Under the pieces are notes generated by a model that made no database searches, had not been told where the DNA came from, and saw only the letters and a list, made by a program, of their open reading frames with translations. A program made the position numbers and the translations under genes. From a virus (Duplodnaviria; Caudoviricetes), in IMG/VR virus record IMGVR_UViG_3300009424_000045, positions 1 to 27,792 of that record: a DNA stretch of 27,792 nucleotides; one strand, given 5' to 3'. Positions 21,212 through 27,792 of this stretch are shown in pieces; position 1 is the stretch's first letter, and each line of letters starts with the position of its first letter.

Positions 21212-23569
21212 TCACTCATCCCATTGTTCCCCGACGGCATACACCGAAGCCGACGTCTTGAACCATTCCCTAGCCTGCTGCTTCGGCAGCTGGACGAGCA
21301 TGCCCGCCTCGACCATGCCGGCGAGCGTGTCCTTGAGCGCCCGTGTTGCCCCGAGCTTGTGCGTCTTGAACGCCGCCCGCGATGCCGTGGCTTGCATGAG
21401 CAGGCGGTGAGGGATGCAGCCCTTGCGGTGATAGTCGCTGAACCGCGGCGCTCCTGTGGACAGATACTTCTTCACAACGCCCACCAGGTCGGCCTGCAAC
21501 TTGCTGTCCCCGCTGCCAACGTCGCCCTTGCGATAGCGCGCCTGGATCGTGTCAATGTCCTGCTTGACGAGCTCAATGGCCCATGCCGCTTCACCTGCGG
21601 TGATCGTGGGCTTGTTGCTGTTGACCCCGACTGCGACGAGTGCCGCCATGCGGATCGCTTTCAGGTGGGCGCGATTCCAAAGGTAACGATCCGTGCTACT
21701 GCCCTCATTGATCTGATTGTCTGCGAACTCATCGAAGCGGTCGAGCAGGGCGAGGGCGTCGGCTGAGATTGCAACGTCGGTGCAGGCATGATTGGTGCTC
21801 ATGGCCAGGATCGTCTGGATCAGGCTCGCCATCTTCTGGACGAGCGCCTCGGGCGGGGACGTCCAGGCGTTGCGATTGCGCCGGGGCCTGTCGCCGGTAT
21901 ATTCGATCACCGTGAACCGGGGGAGGAACCCGCTGGTTACGGCGCGCTCATCCAACGCAGAGAAAAACCCGTCGGGTTCTGTTTCGCCAAGAATCGTCAA
22001 CGACGGAGCATGAACGACCGTCGTGTTCTTCTCCTTCTCGCTATAGACGGATGAGCGGAGCATCTGCCCCCATCCTGACTTTCCGTAAATGTCCAGGAAC
22101 GCGGCGAGCAGGGTCGTCTCGGCCCCGTTGGCGCGCGGATCGGTCATCGCCTTGAGCCGGTGCCCAAACTCACCTAGCACCGAGACGAAGCAGGGCTTGT
22201 CTTGGAACGTCTTGACGAGCGCAGGCCCGGACGAGAAGTGGGCGGGGCCGATGAATTGGTCGGCCTGCGGCGTGATCTTTGACACCTGGCCAAACAAGCG
22301 GTCGATGCTCGACTGGACCGATTCCTTGCCTGAGCCCGTCTTGGCGAGCAGCAGGACATATTGGTTAAGGCCTGTCCGGCTCACGTTGAAGTTACGCCCG
22401 ACGATCCCGGCCAGGACCGTGATGGCGGTTGCCAGCGCAATCTCACGGACAGGACGAATGGACGCGCCATACACGTATTCCGCCAGCTCCCCGATGAGCC
22501 CGGGCGGGAACGTGGTCGCGGCGCTGTCGCCCTTCGATCCCAGCGAGGGCGGCGGTGGGACAGATTGTTCAGTGCCTGCGGTGTTTACACCAGGCGGGGG
22601 CGGAGGGGGTGGATTCCCCCCAGTGGGCGCGGTGTTGACGCTGGGAGGGGGCGGAGGGGGCAACGCGACGGCCTGCGCCCGTTGCATGATCGCCGTAGGA
22701 TCCACGGGGGGCGGTTGATCGTTGGTAATGCGCTGCCTCATCCGCATGATCGTCCTAGGGATATAGTCAGGGCGATAAGCCTTTTCCCGCTCGGCAAGCT
22801 TGGACATGAGGAACAGGCGCGTGACCTGCTGGTTGTCCGGCGTATAGAAGCACAAGAACTCGATCAGCGCGGAATCGGCGACCGACCAGTTGCCGTCGTA
22901 GTCGGTCATATCACCGCGGCAGAGGCGGTCAAACTTTTCCCCGTTGTCGGCGTTGCTCGCCATCTCGATCACCGCGGCATCGCTCATTGTCGCCGGGTCG
23001 CCGTCGCCAAGCTCCTTCCAGTTGATCGGTCCAAGCGACCCCTCGTTCTTGAGCAGGGGATAGATGTAGTCGAGAAGCGCCTGAATATCCGCAAGAGGCT
23101 TCTCGTTCTTGACGTCCCCGGTGCAGATCATAAATCGCTTGCCGGAATAAACCTCCAGGCAGTTGAGCTCGTTGTTGGCCCCTGTCGGGACAACACCAAG
23201 GCCGATGATATGTGTCCCCGCGCCCGATTGCGACCACTCGGAATAGGTCGTGCTTGCGGCCTCCATGATCGCCTCATGGAGATCTAAGACCATATCGTTC
23301 TTGGCCTTGTATGTGTCCAGGTCGATAACAGCGAAGGGATCTTCGTCGGTAAAGACAAATCCCTTGAGCGGCAGGGGCGAAGCCATGGCCTGCTCGAAGG
23401 TGCCCCAAGTGGAGGGATCTGTGGGCGAGCCCCAGCGGCCAGTCTTGGGGTCAATCGGCCTCTTGTATTCCGGGTTCTGTTTGCCCGTCGCATCAAAGGG
23501 CTCGCCGGTGCCGGCAACCATCCATTGAGCGCGCGCCCGCAAGGCCTGCGGAAAGTTGTTGCTCTTCAT
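21212..23569 (-). CDS. Primase-polymerase/helicase (AEP NrS-1-like N-terminus, helical bundle, C-terminal P-loop helicase)
   Basis: 785 aa; IDLD, EWSQSGAGTHI and LEVYSGKRF AEP motifs; WSVADSALIEFLCFYT bundle; Walker A AKTGSGKE; SGFLPRF. Confidence 0.88.
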   Translation of the reverse strand: MKSNNFPQALRARAQWMVAGTGEPFDATGKQNPEYKRPIDPKTGRWGSPTDPSTWGTFEQAMASPLPLKGFVFTDEDPFAVIDLDTYKAKNDMVLDLHEAIMEAASTTYSEWSQSGAGTHIIGLGVVPTGANNELNCLEVYSGKRFMICTGDVKNEKPLADIQALLDYIYPLLKNEGSLGPINWKELGDGDPATMSDAAVIEMASNADNGEKFDRLCRGDMTDYDGNWSVADSALIEFLCFYTPDNQQVTRLFLMSKLAEREKAYRPDYIPRTIMRMRQRITNDQPPPVDPTAIMQRAQAVALPPPPPPSVNTAPTGGNPPPPPPPGVNTAGTEQSVPPPPSLGSKGDSAATTFPPGLIGELAEYVYGASIRPVREIALATAITVLAGIVGRNFNVSRTGLNQYVLLLAKTGSGKESVQSSIDRLFGQVSKITPQADQFIGPAHFSSGPALVKTFQDKPCFVSVLGEFGHRLKAMTDPRANGAETTLLAAFLDIYGKSGWGQMLRSSVYSEKEKNTTVVHAPSLTILGETEPDGFFSALDERAVTSGFLPRFTVIEYTGDRPRRNRNAWTSPPEALVQKMASLIQTILAMSTNHACTDVAISADALALLDRFDEFADNQINEGSSTDRYLWNRAHLKAIRMAALVAVGVNSNKPTITAGEAAWAIELVKQDIDTIQARYRKGDVGSGDSKLQADLVGVVKKYLSTGAPRFSDYHRKGCIPHRLLMQATASRAAFKTHKLGATRALKDTLAGMVEAGMLVQLPKQQAREWFKTSASVYAVGEQWDE

Positions 23570-23572
23570 AAT

Positions 23573-23791
23573 TTACAGCCCCAGCGACTTGCCTGTGAGA
23601 AAAGTATAAAGGGCCTCGACACGATTAACGCCGGGGTCATTGATCCGCCCCGCTGTGAAGCGTGCCTGCCAGTCAGGCGAGACGCCCGTGGCATCATATA
23701 TGGCCAGTGCCGTGTGGTCAGTCGCCTTGAGAAGCTCCCGGGTCCGCGTCATAAGCGTCCCTGTCTCGTGCCTTGTCCATCGTCGCTTCAT
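23573..23791 (-). CDS. XRE/Cro-like helix-turn-helix protein
   Basis: 72 aa; LAIYDATGVSPDWQARFTAGRINDPGVNRVEALY; AAGGGAG RBS; first gene of the leftward operon. Confidence 0.75.
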   Translation of the reverse strand: MKRRWTRHETGTLMTRTRELLKATDHTALAIYDATGVSPDWQARFTAGRINDPGVNRVEALYTFLTGKSLGL

Positions 23792-23815
23792 GTTGGTCTC
23801 CCTTGCTGGCCTTCA

Positions 23816-23909
23816 TTCATAGGCGAGGCCATCGAGATCTTGCAAGGAATTTTTGCATGCTGCAATTTTTCGCTTGCAGGCTTCCGCAGGCATCGCATAG
23901 GCTGCAATT
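23816..23909. promoter_or_regulatory. Divergent promoter region
   Basis: Minus strand TTGCAA(23845-23840)-N18-TATGAA; plus strand TTGCAG(23874-23879)-N18-TAGGCT; strand-switch point; repeated GCTGCAATT. Confidence 0.55.
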
Positions 23910-23936
23910 CTCAACACGCAATTAAGGAGACGTCAC

Positions 23937-24374
23937 ATGGCGAAGAACGCAAAGTCGAGCAACGAAAACCCTGACCCCTATTTGCAGCTCCTGTCCGAGT
24001 GGGAGGAGAACAAGCGCATGGCCGAGCATTACGCCGCGCTGGAAAAGGATCAGCGCGCGCTGCTTTTCGCCGGGGCGTTTCCGAACCCGGTCGAAGGCAC
24101 GCAACGCCACCAGCTCCCAGACGGGCGGGTGATCGTCGGCCAACACAAGGTCAATCGTCGCATTGACGAAGCCGCACTGACCGTGACGCTCCAGGCACTG
24201 CGGGAGCAGGGCGTCGCCAACGCGGATCAGCTGGTGAAGTATAAGCCCGAGCTGGCCAAGCGCGAATGGAACAGCCTGTCCCCGGATATGAAGCTGATCT
24301 TCTCGACCGCGGTCATTGCAACACCTGGTTCGCCCACCATCGAAGTGCAGGCGGCCAAGGGGCTCAAGGCATGA
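23937..24374 (+). CDS. Conserved siphophage hypothetical protein (recombination module)
   Basis: 145 aa; TAAGGAG RBS; FPNPVEGT...LVKYKPEL...ATPGSPTIEV. Confidence 0.8.
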   Translation: MAKNAKSSNENPDPYLQLLSEWEENKRMAEHYAALEKDQRALLFAGAFPNPVEGTQRHQLPDGRVIVGQHKVNRRIDEAALTVTLQALREQGVANADQLVKYKPELAKREWNSLSPDMKLIFSTAVIATPGSPTIEVQAAKGLKA

Positions 24375-24682
24375 GCGTTATCCACCAGCTCGACTTGATC
24401 GGCGACGAAATCCACTTCGCCGGTCATGTTGTCGCCATCGTTGCCTCGGACGTGCCGGCCTCAGTCGTCGGCTCTTTCGAGGACTTCATCCGCGACCCTA
24501 TCGGCGAGCTTGAAGATGACAGGCCCGACCCTGAGCCGGACGAGATCGCCGACGGCGTGCGCGCCCGTTTCACGGAGCGCATGGACGAGCTCGAAACAAT
24601 GGCGAGCAAGGCGGCGAGGGGCGGGTTGATTACGGTCGCCGCCCTCGCTAAGATCGTCGCTCAGCTCAAAGAGGAATTGTGA
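24371..24682 (+). CDS. Hypothetical acidic protein, 103 aa
   Basis: ATGA overlap with the upstream gene and TGATG overlap with the downstream gene. Confidence 0.7.
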   Translation: MSVIHQLDLIGDEIHFAGHVVAIVASDVPASVVGSFEDFIRDPIGELEDDRPDPEPDEIADGVRARFTERMDELETMASKAARGGLITVAALAKIVAQLKEEL

Positions 24683-25482
24683 TGACCACACCGCCGCCCC
24701 CGCCGCCCCCTCCGCCCCCTTCCCCTGCTGGGTCGATCCCGCCGCCCCCTCCGCCCGGGCGTCCCGCGCCCCCTCCACCGCCCCCGATGGCGCGTCCGGC
24801 GATCTCTGGGATCACGATCAAGACGGCGCGCGAAGCCTCGGCAGGGCATGGTATCAAGTGCCTGGTTTACGGCCGCTCGGGCATCGGCAAGACGCGCCTT
24901 TGCGCGACGGCCCCGCGCCCGGTCATCATCTCGGCCGAGGCCGGCATGCTGTCGCTGCGGGACAGCGATGTTGCGGTCATCGAGATCAGCAAGCTTGACG
25001 ACCTGAACCGCGCGCACGATATGCTGGTTGGCCCGACTGGGGCGGCGTTTAGCACCATCTGCATCGATTCCCTGTCTGAGATCGGGGAAAAGGTGTTGAG
25101 CAACGCCAAGGCGGGGACGAAGGACGGGCGGCAGGCATACGGCACGCTGGCTGACCAGATGTGGGCGACCATCCGCGCCTTCCGAGATATCAAGGGTAAG
25201 CATGTTGTGATGACCGCCAAGGCCGAGTGGGTCAAGGACGAGCACAGCGGTATCACGCGGTGGGCACCATCGATGCCTGGCCGCCAGCTCACACAAGGGC
25301 TTCCCTACTTCTTCGATGAGGTTTTCTATTACGGCTCCTTTAAGGGCGGCGAGTCCGGGGAGTTTAAGGCATTGCAGACCGGTGTGGATCTGCAATATGA
25401 AGCAAAGGATCGGTCCGGGGCCTTGCTTCATTATGAGTTCCCGGACCTTAGTGCAATCTTCAGCAAAATCCAAGGAGCATAG
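24682..25482 (+). CDS. Sak4-like AAA_24 ATPase / ssDNA-annealing recombinase
   Basis: Walker A YGRSGIGKT, Walker B ICIDSLSE, LPYFFDEVF and AKDRSG; followed by a DUF669 SSB; N-terminal polyproline. Confidence 0.88.
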   Translation: MTTPPPPPPPPPPSPAGSIPPPPPPGRPAPPPPPPMARPAISGITIKTAREASAGHGIKCLVYGRSGIGKTRLCATAPRPVIISAEAGMLSLRDSDVAVIEISKLDDLNRAHDMLVGPTGAAFSTICIDSLSEIGEKVLSNAKAGTKDGRQAYGTLADQMWATIRAFRDIKGKHVVMTAKAEWVKDEHSGITRWAPSMPGRQLTQGLPYFFDEVFYYGSFKGGESGEFKALQTGVDLQYEAKDRSGALLHYEFPDLSAIFSKIQGA

Positions 25483-25483
25483 A

Positions 25484-26206
25484 ATGGCAATTCTCAACTT
25501 CAACGCCCGGCAGGTCGACCCCAACACGGCGCTCGAACCGCTGCCGGAAGGCTGGTATAACGCCAAGATCATCAAGTCGGAGATCAAGGCGACGAGCGCC
25601 GGCACGGGGTCCTACCTGTCGCTTGCGTTCTCGATCATTGACGGGCCACACGCCAACCGGCAGGTCTACACCAACCTCAACCTTGACAACCCGAACCCGG
25701 TGGCGGTCGAGATCGCCCAGAAGGATCTCTCGGCAATCGCATGGGTCACGGGGGTGATCGATGTCCAGGACAGTCAGCAGTTGCACGAGATCCCGTTGCA
25801 GATCAAGCTCGTGCCGGAGCCCGGTGGCACGACACCGCAGGGTAAGTCCTTCGATGCTGGCAACGAGATCAAGGGTTATCGGGACATCCATGGGCGCTCG
25901 GCCGTGGACGTGAAGGGCAGCACCGCCGCCGCCCCGCCCGCCGCTGGTCACGCCGCCCCCGTCGCGCCTGCGGCCCCGGTCGCACCGGCGGCAGGGCCGA
26001 CCAGGCCGACCGATCCGAACCACATCCACGCTGCCGGCACACCGGACGAGATGTGGTGGTCTGGGACGGAATGGGTCAAGGCCCCCGTTCAGGCCGCGCC
26101 GCCTGCGCCCGTGGCACCTGCTGCCCCGGCTGCGCCTGCTGCGCCCGCTGCGCCGACGGCCCCGGCTGCGACCGAGACGCCGGCATGGGCCAAGCCTGCG
26201 GCTTAA
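25484..26206 (+). CDS. DUF669-family single-stranded DNA-binding protein
   Basis: ATG at 25484 with AAGGAG RBS; EPLPEGWYNAKI, YLSLAFSIIDG...RQVYTNLNL, NEIKGY, Ala/Pro tail ending PAWAKPAA. Confidence 0.88.
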   Translation: MAILNFNARQVDPNTALEPLPEGWYNAKIIKSEIKATSAGTGSYLSLAFSIIDGPHANRQVYTNLNLDNPNPVAVEIAQKDLSAIAWVTGVIDVQDSQQLHEIPLQIKLVPEPGGTTPQGKSFDAGNEIKGYRDIHGRSAVDVKGSTAAAPPAAGHAAPVAPAAPVAPAAGPTRPTDPNHIHAAGTPDEMWWSGTEWVKAPVQAAPPAPVAPAAPAAPAAPAAPTAPAATETPAWAKPAA

Positions 26207-26212
26207 TCGGAT

Positions 26213-26328
26213 AGGGCAGGCGCAACCCCCCAGCGCCTGCCCTCACCTCGGCCCCGCCCGTTCATGCGTCCGTTGCGATGGCTAGGACGGCTCTCATGCA
26301 GCCCGGTGTCGGGCGGGGTCATCTTTTT
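26213..26328 (+). terminator. Stem-loops/terminator-like structured intergenic region
   Basis: AGGGCAGGCGC-N9-GCGCCTGCCCT (26213-26243), then GGCCCCGCCCG...CGGGCGGGGTC (26250-26320) followed by ATCTTTTT. Confidence 0.5.
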
Positions 26329-26341
26329 GGAGCGTTGTCCT

Positions 26342-26812
26342 ATGTTGATTGGATCGGTCGCTGACCGTGTTAAGAATCAATTCCCCCGCCCGACCTACTG
26401 CGACTGCTGCGGCAGCCACAATGTCCATTTGCAGAAACGCTCCCTTATGGGCCTACCCACACAAAACAAGTGGGATCTCGTCTGGCATTGCGGCAACTGC
26501 AATGCTTTGGTCGGCTGCCATCACGGCACGGACATCCCCCTCGGCAGGCTCGCAGACAGGGAAACGCGGCGCGCTCGCTACGAGCTGCACCGAGCATTCG
26601 ACCCATTGTGGAAAAAGCACGGGTGGCGCAGAGAGGCCGCTTACGCCTGGTTGGCGCGCACCCTGAACCTGAGCGAGGCCGAAGCGCATATCGGCCTGCT
26701 GGACGTTGACGCCTGCCGCAAGGCCCATCTGGCGCTCCTGACCGTCAAGACCGACCTGGCCCCTCGGAAACGGCATTGGTCCCAAGACAAACGAAAGAGA
26801 AGGAACAAGTAA
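26342..26812 (+). CDS. DUF3268-family zinc-finger protein
   Basis: CDCC...CGNCNALVGCH...PLGRLAD...HRAFDPLW...AYAWLA...HIG; GGAG RBS before ATG 26342. Confidence 0.85.
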   Translation: MLIGSVADRVKNQFPRPTYCDCCGSHNVHLQKRSLMGLPTQNKWDLVWHCGNCNALVGCHHGTDIPLGRLADRETRRARYELHRAFDPLWKKHGWRREAAYAWLARTLNLSEAEAHIGLLDVDACRKAHLALLTVKTDLAPRKRHWSQDKRKRRNK

Positions 26813-27747
26813 TGGTCGCCCTCACAGCACGCTCCCCGCTTCGTCGGGCTAGGAGGACAGAAGCCGCAATCGATGCCGCCATTGCTGCGGACGGGGGTGC
26901 GCGCTTCCGCGAGCTCCAGCGCAAGTGGTTCCCGACAATCGAGGACGCATACCGGGGCGAGGACGAAGACCCTTTCCGGTCGCATCTCGGGGCGTCGCAG
27001 ATCGGGCGTAAATGCGTCCGCGAGATCTGGCTGGGCTGGCGTTGGACAGGGGTCAAGGAGTTCCCGCCCCGCATGCTTCGTTTGATGAACCGCGGTCACC
27101 TGGAGGAGGCGCGCTTCCTGGCTCTCATGGAGATGATCGGCGTCCACCTGTCGATCCCGGAAGACGGCGGCCAGGAGCGCATCAGCGACCACGGCGGGCA
27201 CTACGGATCGGCTTTGGACGCGGTGATGTATGGCCTCCCAGACGCGCCGGAGCAGTGGGCGCTCGGCGAGTTTAAGACGCACAATACCAAGTCATTCGTG
27301 AAGCTGGTGGCCGAGGGCGTCGCCGTAGCGAAGCCAGAGCACTACTCGCAGATGCAGTCTTGCATGGCGCGCCGGGGCATCCCGTTGTGTCTTTACGTCG
27401 CCGTCAACAAGAACGACGATGACCTCTACTGCGAGCTTGTCGCGCTCGATCAACCTGCCGCGGCAGCGATTAGCGCCAAGGCGCAGGACATTATCACCAG
27501 GCGCAACGCCCCTCCCCGCATCAGCGAGGACCCGTCCTATATGGACTGCAAGTGGTGCGATAGGGCGGCGGTTTGCCACTTCCCCGACCGGCAGCCCGTC
27601 CTGCGGAATTGTCGGACGTGCCGGCACAGCGTTGCCGATCTCGGCGGGCTTTGGGGGTGCGAGCTTCACCAGCATGTGCTAGACAAGAAAGCGCAGCTCA
27701 AGGGCTGCGACCAACACGATCCGATCCCGGATCTGACCAAGAGGTGA
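26812..27747 (+). CDS. Cas4-like PD-(D/E)xK exonuclease
   Basis: HLGASQIGRKC, D...GEFKT, HYSQMQ and CKWC...C cluster plus a C-terminal CRTC...C; TAATG overlap. Confidence 0.85.
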   Translation: MVALTARSPLRRARRTEAAIDAAIAADGGARFRELQRKWFPTIEDAYRGEDEDPFRSHLGASQIGRKCVREIWLGWRWTGVKEFPPRMLRLMNRGHLEEARFLALMEMIGVHLSIPEDGGQERISDHGGHYGSALDAVMYGLPDAPEQWALGEFKTHNTKSFVKLVAEGVAVAKPEHYSQMQSCMARRGIPLCLYVAVNKNDDDLYCELVALDQPAAAAISAKAQDIITRRNAPPRISEDPSYMDCKWCDRAAVCHFPDRQPVLRNCRTCRHSVADLGGLWGCELHQHVLDKKAQLKGCDQHDPIPDLTKR

Positions 27748-27750
27748 TCT

Positions 27751-27792
27751 ATGAGCGAAGCAAAGGACGTTCTTGCCGGCCTTCTCGAAACA
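27751..27792 (+). CDS. Start of the next gene (truncated by window)
   Basis: GAGGTG RBS followed by ATG AGC GAA GCA AAG..., open to the edge. Confidence 0.5.
   Translation, partial: MSEAKDVLAGLLET

Noticed and set aside
26812-27747. Cas4 as evidence of a CRISPR-Cas system
   Set aside because: Solo Cas4-like exonucleases are common in Sak4/SSB recombination modules; no cas1/cas2 or array is present.

Overview
A 27.8 kb piece of a GC-rich tailed dsDNA phage with siphovirus-type genes. The gene order resembles Septimatrevirus/Jersey-like phages, and the host is most likely an alphaproteobacterium, judged from the tmRNA type and CtrA-like boxes. On the minus strand, read right to left: HTH regulator, primase-helicase, an AT-rich iteron origin, a resolvase-like nuclease, small early/accessory genes, an RNA-rich cassette, a lysis cassette, then TerS, TerL, portal, minor head, scaffold, major capsid, head-tail connectors, tail terminator, tail tube, frameshifting tail chaperones, neck protein and tape measure (cut by the window edge). 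On the plus strand from 23.9 kb is a recombination module: Sak4-like ATPase, DUF669 SSB, DUF3268 Zn finger and Cas4-like exonuclease. The main signal missing from the ORF track is a complete circularly permuted (two-piece, alphaproteobacterial-type) tmRNA gene at about 16121-16445, with tag (A)ANDNSPATALRLAA. It is preceded by two tiny basic ORFs and a second permuted tRNA-like RNA, all behind one TTGACA promoter. The endolysin slot of the lysis cassette holds a DUF2778/Tlde1-type L,D-transpeptidase-fold protein. All family calls come from motif recognition by eye; no searches were run.
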